From the IMG/VR virus record IMGVR_UViG_3300025108_000016: a stretch of 64,000 bases of DNA; one strand, given 5' to 3'. Shown here piece after piece: positions 1 to 6,366 of this stretch. The first letter of the stretch is position 1. Every line of letters begins with the position of its first letter. The position numbers and the translations under genes are program-made. This stretch comes from a virus. Under the pieces are notes generated by a model. It ran no database searches, was not told the DNA's origin, and saw nothing but the letters and a program-made list of their open reading frames with translations.

Positions 1-390
1 GTGAGAGAGTATTGCCTGATGTTATGTGATGCATTGGAGTATGACTTCAAGCGTGATAGCATTCGCCGTGCTAACTTCTTCAATCATACTGAACCTGAAT
101 ATAAAGCACAACGTCTTGCTTCGATTGAGAGTGGTGAATGTCTGTATAAGTTCTACATTGAAAGTGGTCGTAAGTATCACAAGATCATCATGGAGACTGA
201 TAGTGGTTCACGTAGTGTTCATTGCTTCATCAATATGAAAACTGGTGAGTTGCACAAGGCAGCATCATTCAAAGCACCAGTGAAAGAAGCACGTTTCGAT
301 CTGAATATCATCAAAGAACGTGAGTGGGTATTTGAGAATGCTGACTGGAGTGGCGGTTATCTCTACAAAAATGCATACTACCAGGGTTGA
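1..390 (+). CDS. Conserved phage hypothetical protein (possibly 5'-truncated)
   Basis: 129-aa ORF starting at the window edge; KYHKI...SVHCFI..KTGEL.KAAS.KAP motif resembles a widespread phage hypothetical family. Confidence 0.7.
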   Translation: MREYCLMLCDALEYDFKRDSIRRANFFNHTEPEYKAQRLASIESGECLYKFYIESGRKYHKIIMETDSGSRSVHCFINMKTGELHKAASFKAPVKEARFDLNIIKEREWVFENADWSGGYLYKNAYYQG

Positions 391-415
391 CATTCAACCC
401 AATACATAGTATACT
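387..415 (+). promoter_or_regulatory. Sigma70-type promoter TTGACA-N17-TATACT
   Basis: TTGACA at 387-392, TATACT at 410-415; the -35 box lies inside the inverted repeat GGGTTGA-CAT-TCAACCC (384-400). Confidence 0.85.
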
Positions 416-438
416 GAATTCATTCAACACACAGACCG

Positions 439-669
439 ATGACTGCTCCCCAGTTCTTTCTTGTTGCCTCTCCCCATGTATATGCCATTGGTGCTGATGG
501 TTACATGTTTGGTGCTTACATTGACAATGATGGTATTCCTGATTGGTCTACATCTTATGACTTCAATCCCCAAGATGAGGATGTAGATCATATTGTTCAT
601 ATGTGCCATCTTCTCAAACAAGCACAACAACTGACTCAAGAACACACCAGCGAGGTATTTGTCAAGTGA
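439..669 (+). CDS. Hypothetical protein
   Basis: 76-aa ORF just downstream of the promoter; GTGA overlap with the next ORF. Confidence 0.75.
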   Translation: MTAPQFFLVASPHVYAIGADGYMFGAYIDNDGIPDWSTSYDFNPQDEDVDHIVHMCHLLKQAQQLTQEHTSEVFVK

Positions 670-884
670 ATTTAATTTCTGATCACGTCAAAGAACTAGT
701 TGAACTCCAACAACTGACACCAACTACATTTAAACCAGTACCTAATCAAATTGACCCAGACAAATACTGGCGTTACTTCTCAAAATTCCCTAATGAGTTT
801 GCTAAAGGTTTGTCCCTAGCACTTGCTAAAGAACAAGTGTTCGTTCGTTATGATCATCTATCTAACGTACTTACAATCCAATGA
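666..884 (+). CDS. Hypothetical protein
   Basis: Probable GTG start at 666 overlapping the upstream stop; ATGA overlap with the next gene. Confidence 0.65.
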   Translation: MNLISDHVKELVELQQLTPTTFKPVPNQIDPDKYWRYFSKFPNEFAKGLSLALAKEQVFVRYDHLSNVLTIQ

Positions 885-1111
885 ACAATAAACTTGCTAA
901 AGAACAAGCATCTGTCTCTAATCAGATAGACACCATCATGCAGAATAGATTGAGAAGATTTAAGTTTCTTCTCAAGAAAGATCGTATGGATGATGCCATG
1001 GCACTTGCTGATGAATTCTATGAGTGGATGCTACTAGGTGAAGAAGAGAATGAACAGGAAGAGATCAGTTATTATAATTCGGATGAACTAAGTGATGTAT
1101 TCGATAAATGA
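881..1111 (+). CDS. Hypothetical protein, acidic C-terminus
   Basis: 76-aa ORF translationally coupled on both sides. Confidence 0.7.
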   Translation: MNNKLAKEQASVSNQIDTIMQNRLRRFKFLLKKDRMDDAMALADEFYEWMLLGEEENEQEEISYYNSDELSDVFDK

Positions 1112-1332
1112 GACCAAAGTTACCCAACACTTACTATGCTATAGGTTACGAACATATCCTCTATGGGCATACTGAATCAACCACTCAATATGCCTGTTAT
1201 ATGACCCTTCAATCAGCACAAGAAGCAATGATGAAGATGATTAAGAGAGGACAAGACGTAACAGGGATGGAAGAAAAGAAATTGGTATTATCTCCAGAGA
1301 TACTCACTATACACCGCAAAGGCACTCCCTAG
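1108..1332 (+). CDS. Hypothetical protein
   Basis: 74-aa ORF, ATGA-coupled to the upstream gene. Confidence 0.65.
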   Translation: MRPKLPNTYYAIGYEHILYGHTESTTQYACYMTLQSAQEAMMKMIKRGQDVTGMEEKKLVLSPEILTIHRKGTP

Positions 1333-1378
1333 TGTTTACAACGACTTTTAAAGATAAAACTTTATAATATGTTGAGTG

Positions 1379-1401
1379 CCTGTGGAAAAACCTGTGGAAA
1401 A
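1379..1401. repeat. Tandem CCTGTGGAAAA x2 (DnaA-box-like; reads TTTTCCACA on the - strand)
   Basis: Copies at 1379-1389 and 1391-1401; further copies at 2347-2357 and, inverted, 2362-2372. Confidence 0.75.
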
Positions 1402-1482
1402 CTAAATGGTTTATTTAATATAGGTAAGGTGCGGTGGAGTTGTTGTCTTAGCGCACCCTGCATCGATTGTCAATGCCCTCTA

Positions 1483-1540
1483 TGACACGTTGCAAACTGG
1501 CACAAACCCCCGCCGAGGGTCATGGGGTCGCTGCTATAAT
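1483..1540 (+). promoter_or_regulatory. Early promoter with upstream two-block motif
   Basis: TGACA-N7-AACTGGCACA (1483-1504) and TGC-TATAAT (-10 box at 1535-1540). Confidence 0.75.
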
Positions 1541-1578
1541 ATGAAGGTCTTCGAGAGGCACACAGAGGCAATCCGAAG

Positions 1579-1690
1579 AAAAGCAAAAAGATCAAAAACT
1601 CAAAAACTTAAGAAAGTCAAAAAGTTCGTTTTTTAAAAAAGTTTAATTTTTTAAAAAGTTTAATTTTTAAGATTTAATTTAATTTCACAA
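1579..1690. other. AT-rich non-coding tract with A/T runs and short repeats (candidate unwinding element)
   Basis: CAAAAA repeats followed by TTTTTAAAAA(A)GTTTAA repeats; almost no G or C over 1629-1685. Confidence 0.6.
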
Positions 1691-1951
1691 ATGACAGAAT
1701 CACAATTCTCTACTATTCTTAAAGACTTTAAATCATTAGAGTCATCTATGGTTAATCGTATAGTATTAAGAGAAGACTATATTGAAATACAATTTACTAC
1801 TAGTAGTGTAGTGTATAAGTATCAAAGAAATGTAGATACTTTCGATAATAACTTACAAAAAGTCATTGATAGTAAAGAATCAGTAGGTAAATTCTTGAAT
1901 AATAGTATTAAACAAGAGGAACTGACTCTAATTGACAAGATTGTACCATAA
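1691..1951 (+). CDS. KTSC-domain-like protein
   Basis: Pattern ESSMV..I....IEIQF...VVYKY......L....ESVGKFLN..IK is typical of KTSC domains. Confidence 0.6.
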   Translation: MTESQFSTILKDFKSLESSMVNRIVLREDYIEIQFTTSSVVYKYQRNVDTFDNNLQKVIDSKESVGKFLNNSIKQEELTLIDKIVP

Positions 1952-1993
1952 ATACTCATATTAATCACTAATTGACTGATTTTTACACTAAAG

Positions 1994-2149
1994 ATGGCAA
2001 AAACTAGCAAAAAGTATACTGAATCGTCTACAAAACAAGTTAGAGACGATTATGAGTCGTATGGTTACAATGTGTCAAATGCTAAGCGTTACAATAAGCG
2101 TAACAAGCATGAGCGCAAGTTTAAAGATAACGAATATTTTGAGGATTGA
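1994..2149 (+). CDS. Small basic hypothetical protein (51 aa; not in ORF track)
   Basis: MAKTSKKYTE...NEYFED*; preceded by ATAAATA at 1948-1954. Confidence 0.6.
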   Translation: MAKTSKKYTESSTKQVRDDYESYGYNVSNAKRYNKRNKHERKFKDNEYFED

Positions 2150-2159
2150 GTAGAATTAT

Positions 2160-2216
2160 GTGCCACTAGTTGAAGCGTCCACTATATCATCCAAAATCAT
2201 CCTGATCGTGTAGTCT
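2160..2216 (+). promoter_or_regulatory. Early promoter with two-block motif
   Basis: GTGCCA-N7-AAGCGTCCAC (2160-2182); -10-like TAGTCT at 2211-2216, at the same spacing as the other copies. Confidence 0.55.
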
Positions 2217-2346
2217 ATACATGGTTGGGATTTTTTTGTGACTGAACCATACATACCCACATTTGTGGAGTATACTTCTGGTGTCAAGTTTTGGACTAAG
2301 TGTATCAAACTCGTAGTGCGACTAAGTAAGAAGAACTAGTCAGCTG

Positions 2347-2372
2347 CCTGTGGAAAACTTTTATTCCACAGG
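2347..2372. repeat. Perfect 9-bp inverted repeat CCTGTGGAA-N8-TTCCACAGG
   Basis: Read directly; built from the same unit as the 1379-1401 repeat. Confidence 0.8.
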
Positions 2373-2426
2373 ACAATCGGTGAACAGCACACCATCGCTT
2401 GATTTCTGCCTCAGATCCTGTATTGT
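2371..2426 (+). promoter_or_regulatory. Early promoter with two-block motif
   Basis: GGACA-N7-AACAGCACAC; TTGATT at 2399-2404; TATTGT at 2421-2426; ATG 6 nt later. Confidence 0.65.
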
Positions 2427-2432
2427 AGACAC

Positions 2433-2621
2433 ATGAACGAAACACCAAGCAACAACCCCTACGTCAACAACCTGGTTGAGATGGGATACGATCGTGCCGA
2501 CTGCGAGATGGTCGCTGCTGCTGGTCGCGATGCCACGTACCCACGTGTAATCCATGGTCGCACCTTTGAGACTAAGGCAGACTACGATGAGGCACTTGCA
2601 GATTATCTTAATGGTCTGTGA
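2433..2621 (+). CDS. Early hypothetical protein (probably leaderless)
   Basis: 62-aa ORF; ATG 6 nt after the -10 box. Confidence 0.7.
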   Translation: MNETPSNNPYVNNLVEMGYDRADCEMVAAAGRDATYPRVIHGRTFETKADYDEALADYLNGL

Positions 2622-2656
2622 CCCCATCCTGCCCCATCAACCTCTATACTAGACAC

Positions 2657-2854
2657 ATGAACAAACTCAACGATCCACGCAACAACATCGCTTCAGACAT
2701 CAGGGGGTTCTGTATCTCCAATCCTGAGGCAGACTTTGAAATGGTCATGGACTTCGTAGACTCACAGATTGTCCCATTCGAGGCAGATGATCACCTCTGC
2801 GATCTTGCCATGGCAATCATGCTGGATGTGGACGAATCCAACCAGTCCGACTAG
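2657..2854 (+). CDS. Early acidic hypothetical protein (probably leaderless)
   Basis: TATACT (2645-2650)-agacac-ATG (2657); MNKLNDPRNN... Confidence 0.7.
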   Translation: MNKLNDPRNNIASDIRGFCISNPEADFEMVMDFVDSQIVPFEADDHLCDLAMAIMLDVDESNQSD

Positions 2855-2897
2855 TGTCACACAGGGGGTTGCAATTCACCCCCATCCCTGCAACAAT
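2840..2897 (+). promoter_or_regulatory. Early promoter with two-block motif
   Basis: AACCA-N7-TAGTGTCACA; TTGCAA (2869-2874)-N17-AACAAT (2892-2897). Confidence 0.65.
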
Positions 2898-2926
2898 ACA
2901 TTCAAGACAAACAACTCACGACTTTC

Positions 2927-3253
2927 ATGCGTAAGATCGAAACCCAAATGAACGCTGCTATCAAAGGCAACGCCAACTGGTCAAAGGCAAACACAACAGT
3001 TACGACTCAAGATGGTGTGTCTGAGGTTCGCTTGCATGGCAACAAAATTGCTGAGATTGGTGATGAGTTCGTTCGCATCTTCGATGGCGGTTGGCAGTCA
3101 AACACAACCAAATCACGTCTCAATGCTATCATCAACGAGTTCTGTAATGGCATGACTGATGGAGTACATCAAAGCAATTTTGCATGGTTCATTCGTGACA
3201 ACAACGTCACCCATGATTTCGTCAATGGTTACACTTTTGTCGAGTTTGCTTGA
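2927..3253 (+). CDS. Conserved cyanophage early hypothetical protein
   Basis: 108 aa; MRKIE.QM..AI...LHGN.IA...DGGWQS.TTKSRLNA motif recognised from cyanomyovirus early regions. Confidence 0.8.
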   Translation: MRKIETQMNAAIKGNANWSKANTTVTTQDGVSEVRLHGNKIAEIGDEFVRIFDGGWQSNTTKSRLNAIINEFCNGMTDGVHQSNFAWFIRDNNVTHDFVNGYTFVEFA

Positions 3254-3262
3254 TCACACTTA

Positions 3263-3279
3263 GGGGGGACAATCCCCCC
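3263..3279 (+). terminator. GC-rich hairpin GGGGGGA-CAA-TCCCCCC after a stop codon (no U tract)
   Basis: 7-bp stem, extendable by ACTTAG/CTAAGT. Confidence 0.45.
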
Positions 3280-3307
3280 ACTAAGTAACACTAACTGGTC
3301 GGCTGCC

Positions 3308-3363
3308 TCCCAATCGCCTAAGTGTCACATGGTTTTGGCACTGCCTCTCACAGCCCCTATAAT
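3308..3363 (+). promoter_or_regulatory. Early promoter with two-block motif
   Basis: TCCCA-N7-AAGTGTCACA; TTGGCA (3335-3340)-N17-TATAAT (3358-3363). Confidence 0.8.
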
Positions 3364-3369
3364 AAGGAC

Positions 3370-3558
3370 ATGAACAAAACACAACGCCATCACAACGGAC
3401 AATTCATCACCACGGGCGACCCTACCCCTTTGATGAGTCGTGTCATGGATTCGATCCTTAAGCAACAGCAGGCAGAGCATGAGTATCGCATGGCAGTGAG
3501 AGCAGGCAAGATCCAACCCGAACAGTTCACGAACTGGAACATCAGCGACAGACACTAG
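3370..3558 (+). CDS. Early hypothetical protein (probably leaderless)
   Basis: TATAAT-aaggac-ATG; MNKTQRHHNGQF... Confidence 0.7.
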   Translation: MNKTQRHHNGQFITTGDPTPLMSRVMDSILKQQQAEHEYRMAVRAGKIQPEQFTNWNISDRH

Positions 3559-3576
3559 GCGCTGACCCTGTAGACT
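3520..3576 (+). promoter_or_regulatory. Early promoter with two-block motif (inside the upstream CDS)
   Basis: GAACA-N7-AACTGGAACA; TAGACT at 3571-3576. Confidence 0.65.
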
Positions 3577-3582
3577 AACAGC

Positions 3583-3822
3583 ATGAGAAACGAAACCATG
3601 AACGACCCAAAATGCTACGCCGTCATCGGTGGTGATTATCTTGACGGACATTACGAAGGACTGGAACATCTTTTCCAGTCCTTCAATTCTCTTCGTCTCT
3701 TTGATTGCCAATCAACGGCAGACGCCTACAAAGAAGAAATCAAAGACGATTTTGAATACGTGCTGATGAAGATCATCTCCATCTCTCAGTACAGCGTCAT
3801 GATGGGTGGGACAATCGGATAA
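3583..3822 (+). CDS. Early hypothetical protein (probably leaderless)
   Basis: TAGACT-aacagc-ATG; 79 aa with YAVIGG..Y.G....SLRLFDC.STA.AY motif. Confidence 0.75.
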   Translation: MRNETMNDPKCYAVIGGDYLDGHYEGLEHLFQSFNSLRLFDCQSTADAYKEEIKDDFEYVLMKIISISQYSVMMGGTIG

Positions 3823-3866
3823 GTGACACAGGCAACCCCTAGGTTGCCACCCTGACCCTGTAGACT
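3809..3866 (+). promoter_or_regulatory. Early promoter with two-block motif and hairpin
   Basis: GGACA-N7-AAGTGACACA; hairpin GGCAACC-CCTA-GGTTGCC (3831-3848); TAGACT at 3861-3866. Confidence 0.7.
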
Positions 3867-3889
3867 AAGTTCAACAAACAAACAAACAC

Positions 3890-4117
3890 ATGTTCGCAGT
3901 TCAACCCACCTCCTTCGGCACCTTTGACGAGTGGGGTGCTGACTATACTCCCACCATTGCTGGCGCTTATCGCATCGCAGCAATCAGACAGCAGGAGCGC
4001 GAGGGTGATCAAATGATCTGGCGTCTCACCGAAGGCAACCCCATCCCTTGGGTGCGTGTCTACGAAGACGAGAACATCAGCAGCGTGACAGAGCAGGAAC
4101 TGGCACTGCTCGCCTAG
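3890..4117 (+). CDS. Early hypothetical protein
   Basis: 75-aa ORF after an AC-rich leader. Confidence 0.75.
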   Translation: MFAVQPTSFGTFDEWGADYTPTIAGAYRIAAIRQQEREGDQMIWRLTEGNPIPWVRVYEDENISSVTEQELALLA

Positions 4118-4142
4118 GCAGGCGCTGCCTACCGACTACAAT
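4085..4142 (+). promoter_or_regulatory. Early promoter with two-block motif and hairpin
   Basis: GTGACA-N7-AACTGGCACT; hairpin TAGGCAG-GCG-CTGCCTA (4115-4131); TACAAT at 4137-4142. Confidence 0.75.
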
Positions 4143-4169
4143 ACAAGAGAACACAACACAGGACACAGC

Positions 4170-4391
4170 ATGAACGGATGGGCAAACCACGCAACCTGGA
4201 ACGTCGCTCTTTGGATCGGCAACGATGAGACGATCTACCGCCACGCCAAAGCAAACAAGAATCTAGGTTATCGCAAGTGGGCGAAGCGTTGGATCGATGA
4301 GTACGGCGAGTACATCACAGGCGACGGCATCTCCTGGTTATCCGATGACGTAGACACCGACGAGATGGATGAGATGCTCGCTGAACTCTAA
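4170..4391 (+). CDS. Conserved phage early protein (NGW.N..TW..ALW family)
   Basis: N-terminal MNGWANHATWNVALWIGND motif. Confidence 0.8.
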   Translation: MNGWANHATWNVALWIGNDETIYRHAKANKNLGYRKWAKRWIDEYGEYITGDGISWLSDDVDTDEMDEMLAEL

Positions 4392-4431
4392 GGGGTCGCC
4401 CCCTTTCCTTACACTAACCCCACCACACTAT

Positions 4432-4638
4432 ATGTCAATGAACATCAGGAAATACCGCAAGGCAGTTGATTCAATCATGTTTGCCGAAGGTCTCATCTGC
4501 ATCGATGAATCGAAGCATTTGAAATACAAACACCCTGACCTAGGCATCATTCAAACATGCTCAAAGACACCAAGTGATAACTATGCCATCGCACAGATTA
4601 AGCGACAATTGAGAAGATCACTGACAGCACTAAATTAA
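4432..4638 (+). CDS. HicA-like (dsRBD-fold) toxin/RNase-like protein
   Basis: 68 aa, basic; SKHLKYKHP...TCSKTPSD..AIAQIKRQLRR resembles phage HicA-like proteins. Confidence 0.55.
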   Translation: MSMNIRKYRKAVDSIMFAEGLICIDESKHLKYKHPDLGIIQTCSKTPSDNYAIAQIKRQLRRSLTALN

Positions 4639-4643
4639 ACACA

Positions 4644-4668
4644 GGGGCAGTAATATGCCCCTTTTTTT
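4644..4668 (+). terminator. Intrinsic terminator ending the early cluster
   Basis: GGGGCA-GTAATA-TGCCCC followed by T7. Confidence 0.9.
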
Positions 4669-4735
4669 GTATACCCCCGAATGCCGAGCGGGACTCCTAC
4701 TCGTACTCTAACCTACAAAGTGTTACCCAAGCGAG

Positions 4736-4742
4736 ATAAATA
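4736..4742 (+). promoter_or_regulatory. T4-type late promoter (ATAAATA)
   Basis: Matches the gp55-type motif; located at the start of the structural region. Confidence 0.6.
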
Positions 4743-4777
4743 TTAGTGCATCTCCGAATATAAAAAATCCTCCAGGT

Positions 4778-4894
4778 ATGAACACTCGCACAACCCCTTT
4801 TGAAGAAATCAGTTATATTAGTATGTGTTTAGTGGAGGTAATACGTATTTTAGGATTAAATGCATATGAAAAAATTCGCCCAGTAAAAAAATGA
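4778..4894 (+). CDS. Small hypothetical protein (38 aa; not in ORF track)
   Basis: MNTRTTPFEEISYI...; ATGA overlap with the next gene. Confidence 0.45.
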   Translation: MNTRTTPFEEISYISMCLVEVIRILGLNAYEKIRPVKK

Positions 4895-5157
4895 CTGAAA
4901 AAGAGGAAAACCTAGAGATCAGGTATAAAACAAAGGATGGCACTATTAAGGAGCAAAGGTTTGATGATTTCAATGAATTTGCCGATGCCATCCAAGATGC
5001 TGCATTAGATTACTATGCGGGTGCTGAGGCAGCACCAGAGATGGATATTTCTGCAGCATTTGGAGCATACGGCATACAACAGAAGGAGCAATTTAAGAAT
5101 GGATCAAGAGTTAACAGCGAGATTGAATTCCTTGGAGAAGAGGTTGAAGGATTGTGA
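4891..5157 (+). CDS. Acidic hypothetical protein
   Basis: 88-aa ORF. Confidence 0.65.
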   Translation: MTEKEENLEIRYKTKDGTIKEQRFDDFNEFADAIQDAALDYYAGAEAAPEMDISAAFGAYGIQQKEQFKNGSRVNSEIEFLGEEVEGL

Positions 5158-5293
5158 GGAACCTGGGACGATGTATTATTGTCGTCCAGGATCTGTGCAA
5201 CATGAAAAGTTGGCAGATTTTCTCAATGATGTGTATATACAACTACAGGAGATAAAATGCCAGGTCCGTCAATTGCAGACCCCACCTTCATAG
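5099..5293 (+). CDS. Hypothetical protein upstream of PAAR
   Basis: Probable start at MDQELTARL... Confidence 0.55.
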   Translation: MDQELTARLNSLEKRLKDCEEPGTMYYCRPGSVQHEKLADFLNDVYIQLQEIKCQVRQLQTPPS

Positions 5294-5586
5294 ATTCTGG
5301 TGGCGCAGGAATATGTAACACCCCTCCGACTGTTTTAGGGACACCGAGTGTTGCAACTAGTGGGAAGGTATATGTGGGGGGTAAAGTTGTATTAAAGGAG
5401 GGTGATGCATTTAAACCTGTACCTGGCACTACACCAAAGGGCGATCCATGTACGAGTCCTAGGACATTGAAGGGATCGAGTACTGTGAGAGTAAACGGGG
5501 CAAGTATTGGAAGAATGGGTGATACATTGAATCCTGGCACAGGGATCACGATTGCAAAGGGTACGAACAAAGTCTTTGCAGGGTAG
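5257..5586 (+). CDS. PAAR-repeat spike tip protein (T4 gp5.4-like)
   Basis: GSSTVRVNGASIGRMGD...IAKGTNKVFAG PAAR signature. Confidence 0.9.
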   Translation: MPGPSIADPTFIDSGGAGICNTPPTVLGTPSVATSGKVYVGGKVVLKEGDAFKPVPGTTPKGDPCTSPRTLKGSSTVRVNGASIGRMGDTLNPGTGITIAKGTNKVFAG

Positions 5587-5604
5587 TGAGGTATGTGCTA
5601 TAAT
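5576..5604 (+). promoter_or_regulatory. Sigma70-type promoter with extended -10
   Basis: TTGCAG (5576-5581)-N17-TATAAT (5599-5604), with TG at 5596-5597. Confidence 0.7.
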
Positions 5605-5627
5605 ATGGAGGTAACCAAGAGAGACTC

Positions 5628-5774
5628 ATGGCAAAAGCAGGCGGATTCATGAAAGGCGGCACGTATGTGGAAGCAATTCCCAAGAAGAGTCGTCAGGGTA
5701 AGGGGAAGCACACCAAGTTAAGTGCAACCAGTCGTAATGGAGCAAAGAAGCGTTATCGTGGTCAAGGAAAGTAA
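5628..5774 (+). CDS. Small very basic protein (48 aa; not in ORF track)
   Basis: MAKAGG...PKKSRQGKGKHTK...KKRYRGQGK*; directly after the promoter. Confidence 0.75.
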   Translation: MAKAGGFMKGGTYVEAIPKKSRQGKGKHTKLSATSRNGAKKRYRGQGK

Positions 5775-6366
5775 GGTAGAAGGATCTACGATATATCAGA
5801 TCGACGATTATTATTCAGATCCAGATAGTGTTGTCGGAAGTTTTCTCGGCACACTACCTGGGTTATGGAAGGGTGATGAGAGTCGATCAATGAACGGGAT
5901 ACACTTTGAGGATCGTAGACATGATGTTTATCACTCTGATTCAATAAGAGTTTATGATGACTTAGCAGAAATTTGTGGACATCGTGCTATTGAATCAGGT
6001 CAAGTGATTACAAATTTAACTCGCTTCAAGAAATGTGAGTTTAATAACTATCATGATCATTATTGGTGGCCACATAAAGATGCAGGGTATACTGGGATCA
6101 TATATTTAAATAATAATCCAGGTGATCGTTCAGGTACGAATCTTTATATTTCCAAGGATATCGATAATAAGACGGGAGTCAATGAGCACGAATTCCCATG
6201 GCGATCTAAAGAGTATTATGAAGTGATACATACGTTAGAACCAATATACAATCGATTATATCTTTTCAACGGAAATAAATTCACGCATGGAATGAATATT
6301 GTTGATGATATGTATTTTGGTGAAGAGTATAGATTAAACCAAGTATTCTTTTTCACCGATGTCTAA
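5737..6366 (+). CDS. 2OG-Fe(II) oxygenase-like protein (DUF6445-like)
   Basis: IDDYY.DPD, PHKD, IIYLN, GTNLY, YNRL.LF...H, RLNQVFF motifs; start codon uncertain. Confidence 0.75.
   Translation: MEQRSVIVVKESKVEGSTIYQIDDYYSDPDSVVGSFLGTLPGLWKGDESRSMNGIHFEDRRHDVYHSDSIRVYDDLAEICGHRAIESGQVITNLTRFKKCEFNNYHDHYWWPHKDAGYTGIIYLNNNPGDRSGTNLYISKDIDNKTGVNEHEFPWRSKEYYEVIHTLEPIYNRLYLFNGNKFTHGMNIVDDMYFGEEYRLNQVFFFTDV

Noticed and set aside
1482-4107. Two-block motif as a canonical NtcA, CRP or Pho box
   Set aside because: Half-site sequence and spacing (GTGNCA-N10-TGNCAC) do not match those consensus sites.
1379-4142. Regularly recurring motifs as a CRISPR-like or attC-like array
   Set aside because: The repeats are degenerate, irregularly spaced, separated by whole genes and tied to -10 boxes. 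No cas or integrase gene is present, and promoter elements explain them better.
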